Positions 35,438-45,000 of a DNA stretch of 64,000 bases are shown piece by piece; position 1 is the first letter of the stretch, and each line of letters opens with the position of its first letter. A program made the position numbers and the translations under genes. The notes beneath the pieces are model-generated. The model did no database searches and was not told where the DNA came from. It saw only the letters and a program-made list of their open reading frames with translations. The DNA lies in NCBI GenBank assembly GCA_043799405.1, contig JAZDNT010000002.1, positions 171,320-235,319 of the forward strand, written 5' to 3'. This stretch comes from Candidatus Kerfeldbacteria bacterium (GTDB lineage: Bacteria > Patescibacteriota > Patescibacteriia > SBBC01).

Positions 35438-36952
35438 ATGACCTTTCAGGTCACAACGGCAACGCTCGTCGGCATTGATGCGGTCCCGGTCACCGTCGAA
35501 GCGGATATCTCGAACGGGATCCCCCGCATGTTCATTGTCGGACTTCCTGACACCGCCGTAACCGAAGCGCAGGAACGGGTTCGTTCGGCGATCAAGAACA
35601 CGCCAGGGATCGATTTTCCGTTGCAGCGGATTACCGTGAACCTTGCTCCGGCTGACGTACGGAAGGAAGGATCAGCGTTCGATCTAGCGATAGCGCTTGC
35701 GATCCTTGGAGCGAAGCGATCACTCATTGCTCCGAAGAGATCGGTATGTGTTCTCGGCGAATTAAGCCTCGACGGTCAGCTCCGTCCGACAACGGGGATC
35801 CTCCCGATCGTTGCGAGCCTCTTCGAGCAGGGTGTCAGTGCGTTCATCGTGCCAGAAGCGAACGCGATCGAGGCAGGGCTCGTCGAGAGCGCCGCTATTT
35901 ATCCTGTGACATCGCTTCGAGAAGTCGTCAGACATTTCCGAGGATCACATTCGATCTCACAGTACGTGCGGGCAAGAACACCACGCCGTACGATCGTTCC
36001 CTCTGTCGATTTTCGAGACATCGCAGGTCAGCACCTTGCTAAACGATGCCTGGAAATCGCGGCCGCAGGGGGCCATAACCTGCTGTTTTCCGGGCCTCCG
36101 GGCTCCGGAAAAACGCTGCTTGCAAGGGCTTTTTTAGGGATTTTACCGGCTCTTGAAGGGCAGGAAGCGCTCGAGGTTACGAGGATCTACAGCGTTGCAG
36201 GCCTCCTGGATCCTTCGAGTCCGCTCGTAACCGTGAGACCTTTCAGGAGCCCGCACCATACCGCGTCATCCGCCGCTATTGTCGGTGGCGGTTCGAATCC
36301 GCACCCGGGAGAGATCACGCTTTCCCATCGTGGAGTGTTGTTTCTCGATGAGTTTCCTGAGTTTCCCCGTGCCGTTCTTGAGTCTCTCCGACAGCCGCTC
36401 GAGGACGGATTCGTGAACGTGAGCAGGGCGGCAATGAGCGTACGGTTCCCATCGCGATTCACGCTCATCGCGAGCCAGAATCCGTGTCCCTGCGGATACG
36501 CCGGAGATCCGGTGAACCAGTGCCGTTGTTCGGCGTACCAGATCGAACGGTACCGGCGCCGCATTTCCGGGCCACTGATCGACAGGATCGATCTTCGTTG
36601 CGACGTGCCTCGTCAGTCGTCAGAAGTGTTCGGGATGTCCTTCGAGAGCGAAGCATCAGAAACAATAAGAGGCAGGGTCAGCAGTGCGCGGCTCCAACAG
36701 CGGGAGCGTTTCGGGAATTCAGGCACGATGATGAATTCGGAGATGAGCATCAATGAGATAAAACATTTTTGTATTCTTAATGAGAGGTCGCGGACGCTGT
36801 TGCACACTGCGGTAGACAACCTTCGACTATCCGGTCGCGCGTATCACCGTGTCCTTAAAGTATCGCGCACCATCGCGGACCTTTTTGGTGATGAGGCTAT
36901 TAGCGAAACGCACGTTGCCGAAGCGCTGCAGTACCGACAACGTGAAAAGTGA
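35438..36952 (+). CDS. comM: Mg-chelatase-like ATPase ComM/YifB
   Basis: The N-terminal Lon-protease-like domain (GIDAVPVTVEADIS) is followed by Walker A GPPGSGKT, VLFLDEFPEF and a C-terminal ChlI-like region. Confidence 0.9.
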   Translation: MTFQVTTATLVGIDAVPVTVEADISNGIPRMFIVGLPDTAVTEAQERVRSAIKNTPGIDFPLQRITVNLAPADVRKEGSAFDLAIALAILGAKRSLIAPKRSVCVLGELSLDGQLRPTTGILPIVASLFEQGVSAFIVPEANAIEAGLVESAAIYPVTSLREVVRHFRGSHSISQYVRARTPRRTIVPSVDFRDIAGQHLAKRCLEIAAAGGHNLLFSGPPGSGKTLLARAFLGILPALEGQEALEVTRIYSVAGLLDPSSPLVTVRPFRSPHHTASSAAIVGGGSNPHPGEITLSHRGVLFLDEFPEFPRAVLESLRQPLEDGFVNVSRAAMSVRFPSRFTLIASQNPCPCGYAGDPVNQCRCSAYQIERYRRRISGPLIDRIDLRCDVPRQSSEVFGMSFESEASETIRGRVSSARLQQRERFGNSGTMMNSEMSINEIKHFCILNERSRTLLHTAVDNLRLSGRAYHRVLKVSRTIADLFGDEAISETHVAEALQYRQREK

Positions 36953-37032
36953 GCCATCGGTAATGTTTGAAAAAGAAGGCCGGCTACGGAGGGCGTCCGC
37001 AGCCGGGATGGGGGTCGTTCGCGTAGAGAGCG

Positions 37033-37278
37033 TCAGGTGGTGTGGATGGAGTGATGGATTGTCACGCCACGTGCGTTGAGGAACGCCACGGCAAACTGTG
37101 TGAATGACGCGTCTCTTGCCGTCGTCGTTCGATACTGGTCGAACGCGTCGAGGAGCTCCTGTCCGCTCGGGGTGAGCGCGCAGAACAAGCTGAAGTGGTG
37201 GGGGAGGTCGTGACAAACCTGTGATAGGTGTGTCGCGAGCTCGCGCATTTCCTCAAGAAGCGTATCGAGGAACCTCAT
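37033..37278 (-). CDS. Small hypothetical protein (81 aa)
   Basis: Internal ATG (MRFLDTLLEEM..) of track ORF 37033..37449, preceded by GGAAGGAG at 7 nt. Confidence 0.35.
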   Translation of the reverse strand: MRFLDTLLEEMRELATHLSQVCHDLPHHFSLFCALTPSGQELLDAFDQYRTTTARDASFTQFAVAFLNARGVTIHHSIHTT

Positions 37279-37473
37279 GCGCCCGCTCCTTCCGTGAACG
37301 AGTGGGGGGAACGTGTAAACGAACGGACGTGAGGCCGTTCGCAGTTGCCTAGATCGTAGGCGGTCTGACGTTTGTGACAACCCCGCGTCGGCCGTCATTT
37401 CGACCTTAGCGTATCGTACAGAAAATTGCAAACGTGATTGCCGTGACATATAGGTGAACAGCGCCTCGTATCC

Positions 37474-38296
37474 TTACGGGGCGCTGTGTCTAACGAGCCG
37501 TTCTGTCTCCTCCTTGAGCGAACGAAGTACCTGTTCGACGTACTGCGTGAGCCGTTCTCTCTGTTCGGCGCGGGTTCCGTCGCCGGCAATCTTCCGAACC
37601 TCCTCGGCCGTAAGCAGCGGGCCGTAGACGAATCCGATGCGCTTTCCCCACCTGAACGAAGTGAGCCAGCTCGTGTGCCGTACGATCCGCCGCCACCATA
37701 CAGGATCATCGAGCGGATTTGTCGCGTAGCGCTGGACGTCGTGCATACCGTGGAAGGCGCATATGAGAACGGGTGTTGCGACCGCAAGGGCGTACGTGAG
37801 CGCTTTCGGCTGGAGCGGGCGCAGAAATTCGCCCGGCCTTTCGCGCCCTCCTTCCGGAAAGACACAGAGCACGCGTCCGTTTTGGAGCGCCTTGACCGCC
37901 GCCTTATACGCTTGCATGTCCTGCTTCGTCCGGTCGACCGGGATTGCCCGGAGTGCGTCGTAGAAGATCCCGAGGAACGGATGTTTCCCGAAGTTCCTCC
38001 CGTCGGCGAGATGGAACGGCGGATCGCGCCAGTACCAGAGCACGCGTGGAAAGAAGAGGACAATCCCCAGCAGGAATGAGTCGATCATCGACTGGTGGTT
38101 TGTCACTAGTAAGTAGCGGACCCTTCCCGACAGGCACGCGCGTACCACCGATGATCAGCCGGTTTACGACACGGAAGGCGAACGTTCCGATGAGGAATGC
38201 CGCCCAGATCCCGATGAACCGCAGCGTCAGACGGGTTGCTTTACGGAGCGTGCGTCGGAAGGCGTCCGATGCACGCGCGTCGTGCTGTGCATTCAT
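37474..38296 (-). pseudogene. plsC: 1-acyl-sn-glycerol-3-phosphate acyltransferase with an apparent +1 frameshift
   Basis: The N-terminal TM and ..RVPVGKGPLL are in one frame (track 37904..38296). LLVTNHQSMIDS (HX4D) and VFPEGGR are in another frame (37474..38148). The frames join if one nt near 38110 is removed. Confidence 0.75.
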
Positions 38297-38469
38297 GGCG
38301 TCCCCCGTAGGTGGCGGTGTTTGAACGAGCGCGAGATGCTGCGCTATCAGCGGGAACCTACAGGAACGGCGTCCGTTCTGTCAATATTTCGCCATCGTTT
38401 GCTATACTACTGGAGTGGATAAACCTGTAATATACCAACACAGGCTAATAATGTAATAATCATGCACCT

Positions 38470-39897
38470 ATGAAAGTGAACCCCCAGATATTCCGCGGCT
38501 ACGACCTTCGCGGTATCGTCAATGAAGACTTGAATCCTGGAATCGTCGAATGTATCGGTAAGGCACATGGGACCTACATGAAACGGAAGGGTATTACGGA
38601 GGCTGTCGTGGCGCGAGACTGCAGGGCGACCAGTGAGGAATACGCTGCTGCACTGATGCGAGGCTATGTCTGGTCAGGAATCGACGTCATCGACATTGGC
38701 ATGAACCTTGTCGGAACGTTTTACTGGTCGCAGTACTATCTCAACCGTCCGGGCGGAGCAATGGTTACCGCCTCGCATAATCCAAAACAGTTCAACGGCT
38801 TTAAGTTTTCCATTGGCTATTCTGAAACGCTCGTATCCGACGGCATGAAAGAATTGCTCCGGATGGTAGAGTCCGATGATTTTGAGCAAGGAGCGCATCC
38901 GGGAAAGGTCACTCAGCGCGATATACGGCAAGCGTACTACGATGACGTTATCAAGAGATTGCCGCTAAAAAGAAAGTTCAAGGTCGTCATTGATCCAAGC
39001 TGTTCGACGGCTGGCGCCATCGCGCCGGATCTGTTCCGTCAGGCGGGGTGCGAGGTTATTGAAAAAAATACTACGATCGATCCAGCCTTCCCGCTCGGCA
39101 CGCCTGATCCGACCGAGCACATTGTTGCAGAACGGTTACGCAATGAGGTAATTGAGTCTAAGGCCGATCTTGGATTCACGTACGATCCTGACGGTGACCG
39201 CATTGGTATCATCGATGAAAAGGGCACAATCATTTGGAACGACGTCCTTGTTGCCCTTTTTGCGATCGATGTCCTTCAGCAGCACCCGGGAGAAAAGATA
39301 ATGTTCAATACGCTGTGCTCGCAGGTCGTGCCGTTGACGATTACTAAGTACGGCGGCGTTCCGTTCATGTGGCGTACCGGCCATTCGTTCTTAAAAAAGA
39401 AGAATCAGGAGATAAAAGCCGCTTTCATCGGCGAACTCTCCGGCCACTTCTTCTTTTCAGCCGATTTTTACAATCACGATGACGGCTTGTATTCCAGTAT
39501 GCGGCTGCTGCACTACCTTGATCATACGAACCAAAGCCTCTCTCAGGCGTTGGCGGGCCTCCCGCAGTACAAATCCAGCCCAGAGATCAAGCTCTTTTGC
39601 GCTGACGATCGCAAGGCGGCGCTCATGGAGAAGATTAGTCCGATCCTGAAAAAGGACTTTCCAGAAGCAGAGATCATTGACGATGAACGGGCCGGCGATG
39701 GAGTTCGGCTCGATCTATCCGATAGCATGTTCGTTGTTCGATATTCTCAGAACGGTCCCTATCTAACGATAAAATTCGAAGCAACCGGCGAACAACAGTA
39801 TACTCGGTTGAAGCAATACATCGGCACATTACTGCATAAGTTTCAGGAAGTGGATTGGACATCGAGTATTAATGTTAACCTTGAGGCGTTAGTATAG
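38470..39897 (+). CDS. Phosphomannomutase/phosphoglucomutase (alpha-D-phosphohexomutase family)
   Basis: Active-site loop TASHNPKQFNGFK, metal loop FTYDPDGDR, and sugar-binding GELSGH. Confidence 0.88.
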   Translation: MKVNPQIFRGYDLRGIVNEDLNPGIVECIGKAHGTYMKRKGITEAVVARDCRATSEEYAAALMRGYVWSGIDVIDIGMNLVGTFYWSQYYLNRPGGAMVTASHNPKQFNGFKFSIGYSETLVSDGMKELLRMVESDDFEQGAHPGKVTQRDIRQAYYDDVIKRLPLKRKFKVVIDPSCSTAGAIAPDLFRQAGCEVIEKNTTIDPAFPLGTPDPTEHIVAERLRNEVIESKADLGFTYDPDGDRIGIIDEKGTIIWNDVLVALFAIDVLQQHPGEKIMFNTLCSQVVPLTITKYGGVPFMWRTGHSFLKKKNQEIKAAFIGELSGHFFFSADFYNHDDGLYSSMRLLHYLDHTNQSLSQALAGLPQYKSSPEIKLFCADDRKAALMEKISPILKKDFPEAEIIDDERAGDGVRLDLSDSMFVVRYSQNGPYLTIKFEATGEQQYTRLKQYIGTLLHKFQEVDWTSSINVNLEALV

Positions 39898-39945
39898 GCG
39901 TTACTCATCTGCTCGTAAGGCATACGTTCATTATTGAGGACTAAG

Positions 39946-41301
39946 ATGATGGCACAACGCCCGTCGATCTACGGCTCGTACGGTATTCGCGGTATTTGGG
40001 GTAAGGATATCGATAGTATCCTCGCGGTAAAGCTCGCGAAAGCATATGTCACCATGAAGAAACCCGGTCGCGTCGGTGTCGGACGGGATGGCCGGGTATC
40101 CAGCAATGATTTTGCGGAAGCGATCATTGTCGGGATGCGTGATGTCGGGGACGACGTGGTTGATTTCGGATTGGTACCAGTCGATGCCTTTTACTTTGCG
40201 GTCGACCGCTACAAGTGCGACGGGGGCGCAATGGTGACTGCGTCGCACAATCCCCCGGAGTGGAATGGTGTAAAGTTTGTGGATGCTCGTGCACAACTGC
40301 TAGTCGGAGAAAAAAACAGTGCGCTTGGTCATATAGCCGAACAGGGTACATTCGTTCCCGTTTCAAGCCACTTTGGTTCCTATAGTGAGATCGATGTCAT
40401 CCCAGACTTCACCTCGTTCATTGTACAGGCGGTGGATTTCACCCGAGTCCGATCGCTGAGGGTCGTCATCGATCCTGGCAACGGTGTATCTGCTCCCGCA
40501 GCAGTTGCGCTCATGCACGCACTTCAGTACAAGTGGTCCGGTATCAACATGGACGTCCACGGACTGTTTCCCGGAAGGGGTCCCGATCCGAAGGAAAAGG
40601 GAGCGCTCGTGGGTCTAAGTCGGGCGGTCCGTGATCGCGGCGTCGATCTCGGCATTTCGTTCGACGCGGACGGCGACAGGATGTTCCTCGTTGATGAGCG
40701 CGGGAGCGAACTCATCGGCGAGGAAACGGGGATCATACTCGCACGGATGTTCCTTACGGAGCACCCAGGCGCACACATCGTCTACAATGTCGTGTGCTCG
40801 CGTATTGTTCCGGAAATGATCACTGCGGCAGGCGGGATCCCGATACGCGCCGGTGTCGGGAGCGTGAACATGGTTCCGGCGATTGTCCGGAGCAAGGCCG
40901 TGATGGGCATCGAGACATCCGGGCACTATATCCAACGAAAATACAACTGCATTGATTCGGGATTGCTCCCTGCTGCATTCGCGCTTAGGGCGATTGCTAC
41001 TGACGGTCGGCCGTTATCGAAGATCAGGGAGGGCTTGGATCCGTATGCCCATGATCGCGTTGAGTTGCACATCGAAGACCACTCAAAAGCACTCGATACG
41101 ATCCGGCAGAGATTCAGCGACGGGATACGCGATGAGCTCGATGGTATAACCGTGGAGTATCCCGATTGGTGGTTCAATGTCCGCCCGTCACGTTCAGAAC
41201 CCTACCTTCGTCTGACAGTAGAAGCTAAACATCGCGATGATATGGAACGGCACAGGGACGAACTGGTACGAATAATTAAAGGAGAATCGACTTTAACGTA
41301 A
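39946..41301 (+). CDS. Second alpha-D-phosphohexomutase paralogue (GlmM/PMM-like)
   Basis: TASHNPPEWNGVK, FDADGDR, GIETSGH. ATG 12 nt inside track ORF 39934..41301. Confidence 0.85.
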   Translation: MMAQRPSIYGSYGIRGIWGKDIDSILAVKLAKAYVTMKKPGRVGVGRDGRVSSNDFAEAIIVGMRDVGDDVVDFGLVPVDAFYFAVDRYKCDGGAMVTASHNPPEWNGVKFVDARAQLLVGEKNSALGHIAEQGTFVPVSSHFGSYSEIDVIPDFTSFIVQAVDFTRVRSLRVVIDPGNGVSAPAAVALMHALQYKWSGINMDVHGLFPGRGPDPKEKGALVGLSRAVRDRGVDLGISFDADGDRMFLVDERGSELIGEETGIILARMFLTEHPGAHIVYNVVCSRIVPEMITAAGGIPIRAGVGSVNMVPAIVRSKAVMGIETSGHYIQRKYNCIDSGLLPAAFALRAIATDGRPLSKIREGLDPYAHDRVELHIEDHSKALDTIRQRFSDGIRDELDGITVEYPDWWFNVRPSRSEPYLRLTVEAKHRDDMERHRDELVRIIKGESTLT

Positions 41302-41413
41302 GGTCGGGGTAGAGTATCGCACGTATGCCACATAATGGCTGTTTTTTGCTACACTACAAGGGTGTGCGTAACCTCGTCCGACTAACAATAGTAGAGGGCC
41401 CTGTCAGTCGGCA

Positions 41414-42016
41414 ATGATGGCTGCGCACAGAGAAAAAGGCACACTGATGAATACTACACACGCGCAGTTGGTAGATGAGGGGCTAGCGGCAGCCGCACAG
41501 GCTGGCGACGAAAGCGCTCTGTCGCAACTCTACGACAGGCACCTCACCCCCCTTTATCGATACATTTTCCGCCACGTGAACCACCTTCAGGACGCGGAAG
41601 ATCTTACCTCAGACGTGATGCTCCGTATGGTCAACAGCCTTCCAACCTACCAGAGAACAGCCTCGTTCAGAACGTGGTTGTACGGCATTGCCCGGCACGC
41701 AATCGCTGATTTTTGGCGATCGAGGTACAAGGTTCGCGAAGAGCTCGTTGCCGATTTTTCCGGGATCGGTGCGAAGCAAGACGAGAGATTCGAGTCAGAG
41801 CCTGCCGATGAATCGTCAGACGTACGTCACATGCGAGCGCAGAAGGTGTTTGAAAAACTTCCGAACCACTATCGTGACGTGCTCCGGTATCGATTCATTG
41901 AACAGCGGACAGTAGCCGAGACCGCGGAGGTAATGGGAATGTCCCACGGCAACGTTAAAGTGCTTCAGTACCGCGCTCTAAAAAAAGCGGCGGTCATTGC
42001 AAAGGAGGTCGTATGA
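41414..42016 (+). CDS. ECF-type RNA polymerase sigma-70 factor
   Basis: Region 2 reads LTPLYRYIFRHVNHLQDAEDLTSDVMLRM..FRTWLYGIARHAIADFWR. Region 4 reads RDVLRYRFIEQRTVAETAEVMGMSHGNVKVLQYRALKK. The start may be the internal MNTTHAQ. Confidence 0.88.
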   Translation: MMAAHREKGTLMNTTHAQLVDEGLAAAAQAGDESALSQLYDRHLTPLYRYIFRHVNHLQDAEDLTSDVMLRMVNSLPTYQRTASFRTWLYGIARHAIADFWRSRYKVREELVADFSGIGAKQDERFESEPADESSDVRHMRAQKVFEKLPNHYRDVLRYRFIEQRTVAETAEVMGMSHGNVKVLQYRALKKAAVIAKEVV

Positions 42017-45000
42017 GTAACAACCCGACAGAAACCACTGACGAGTACCTTGAGTTCCTTGCTGGAAGACGCAAGCAGCCTCCGGTGTTTTCTGATTCCG
42101 ACCGCGACGTTCTCGATGCAGCGAACGCCCTCCGCTCGCTTCGCCATTCTCCAGAACCCTCGCCACATTTTTCTTCATCCTTAAAGAAGGTTGTTATGCG
42201 AACGCCTGATGAGTCATACGCGCCAAAACGTTCGGATACGCGCGCGAAAAAAAGTCGGGGCTTCCTTCCGAACGTGTTTAAGTTCGGAATACCGGCCGTG
42301 GTCATCGCGGGAGTACTAGTTGCGATTGCCATTGTCCCGGATGATTTTTTTACAAAGTTTTTTCACCGGACGCCGCTTAGTTCATATATAGCACAGGAAG
42401 CAAAAGCGGCGACCATCACGCTCGAGGCGACGAAGGGCGATACGCTCGGTGTCGAAGCCGGAACGACCTTTACCCTCAAGGCAGAAGAAGGAACGGTCAC
42501 AGCCGAAGACGTCAAGAGCAACTTCAAGCTCACGCCGGACGTCGCATACAGCGTCAAAGAAAAAGGGAAGAACTCCTTTGAGATCGTTCCTGAGAAAGCC
42601 CTTTCGGAAAAAACAGTCTACACGGCGAGTTATGAGGGATACGCAAAGACCGATAATGGCGCACCTTCGCCGCGCACCTACTCGTGGGCATACCAGGTCA
42701 GGAACGCGTTCCAAATTATAGGAACATTGCCGCGCAATAAGGCAACGAGCGTGGCGCAGGAGACGGGCATCGAGGTCACGTTCAGTTCGAGCGGCGTCTC
42801 CGCGAAGGATTTTGAAAAGAAACTCGACATCTCGCCGAAGACCGACGGACGCGTCGAGGTCCATAACCGGACGCTGGTATTCGTTCCAGCAAAGAAGTTG
42901 AAGGAAAAGTCCGTGTATACGGTTACTGTGAAAAAAGGACTTACGCCGCAGGGAGCATCGGAAGGACTTGCAGAAGACTTCGTGTTCCAATTCGAGGTTA
43001 TGGGCAAATCAAAAGATCAGGATACTGGATATTCACGTATCGTCCCGAGGAATGTGTTCGAGAGCATCCGTCCGAATGAACCGATCGTTTTTGCCGAGTA
43101 CTCGTTCCCGTCGGCGTATAACGAAAAGGACGACACGCGCACGCCGAAGAGCTACGAGTTCACCGTGTACCAGTACAAGGACCTCAACGCTTTTCTTGCC
43201 GCCCTTGAGGAGTATCAGCAGGATGTCGTTCCGTGGTCAATGTACGCCAATGAGGGAACGCTGTACGAAACTAAAGGGCTCACAAAGGTAGGGACGTTCA
43301 AGACGAAAGCGGAGAACGGTGTCATCACTCTCGGTACTAGCTTTTCCGAGGGCTTCTACCTCGCCGACTCAACATCGAACGACACCCACTCTCAGATACC
43401 ATTCCTCGCAAGCCCGATCGGAGCATACGCTGTAGCGACGCAGACCGATACGCTCGTCTGGGTCAACGACCTCGTTAGCAGCGCTCCTGTGAGCGGAGCA
43501 TCTATAGCGCTCCGGAATTCATCGGTAACTGCACAGACCGATGAAAAAGGTATTGCTACGTTCACAACCCCTGATGATATCCGTCAGAACCAGACCGGCG
43601 TCATCTTTGCAACGGTCCGCGCGAACGATAAGGATACCGTGATCCTTGCTAAGGGGAACAGCTACAACTGGTACGGCGGGAATGCATCGATGTACGGCGA
43701 TTCGCTCAAATTGACCTATGCTCCGGAGAAATATTGGAGCTATCTGTCGACCGATCGCAGTCTGTACCTGCCGAACGATACCATCCGTTTCTGGGGCGTT
43801 CTTAAGCGACGTGATAATCCAAAGACGTCCGAGAAGGTGACGATCAGGCTCATACAGACGAACTACGAAGGCCGTTATTCTGCGGATGTCCTAAAGACGC
43901 TCGAGCTTTCGACTAACCAGACCGGTACCTACATCGGCAGCATCGACCTCAATGACGTTTCAACGGTCGGATACCCAGAGATCGTTGTATCGGTCGGAGA
44001 TGAGTGGGTAACGAGCAAGTCCGTTTCAGTCGAAACGTATAAAAAACCTCCCTACCAGATCACGGTGAAGCCTGATCGGTACGCAGTATTCGCTGGCGAA
44101 ACGGCGAACATTACGGTAACGACGACGTTCTTCGACGGTACGCCGGTATCGAACGTCGGATTACGGTTCGAGCAGAACTATGGCGTGAGCAAGCCGGATT
44201 TTTCGACTGATTCGAACGGCAAGGCGGTTTACACGAAGACGTTTGAACGCATGGGGGACCACACGAGCACATCGGACATTTCGGTCGTACCGTTCGAACA
44301 GTACGAAGGCGATATCCGGGGATCGAACCAGGTCATGGTGTACCCTGCCCGGTTCCAGATCGAATCAGAGGGCACTGTACAGGGGGCGAAGGCGGAGGTT
44401 TCCGGTACGGTCCGGAACCTCCACCCCGAGCTCGCCGATCCGACTGCGGATGACCCCTTCAGTAAGGTTGTCGGTGAGGTTCGCCCCAATCAGACGATCG
44501 AGGGAAAGCTCTACGCGACGATAACCGAGGAAATCCCTGATGGGACGTACTATGATTTTCTCTCTAAGAAGGTAGTCGAGCGGTTCCGCTACGAGACGCG
44601 TGAGGAGCTTCGTGAGACGTTCAACGTTACTACCGATCGCAACGGGACCTTCAGTAAAACGTTGACCGTCGATCCAAAGCTCTTCTATCACGTCGATCTA
44701 TCAGGCGTTGATGAAAAGGGTGATACAGCCCGCGATACCGCGTACATCTGGTCACGAGGCGAGTACTACTACTCGAGCGTATATGGCGGAGAAGGAGGGA
44801 GTAGCGTTCCTAACCTGTCACTCGTCGACCTGAATGCCGTAAGCAACCAGTCGAACCCGTCGTACGTACCAGGCGATACGGTTAAGCTCCAGGTGAATCG
44901 CGGAAACAGCGCTGTATCGAAGGATCTTGCGCAAAAAATCCTGTTCATATCGAGCCAGCGAGGACTCCGGAACTTCACTGTTAAGGATTCCCCAACCTAC

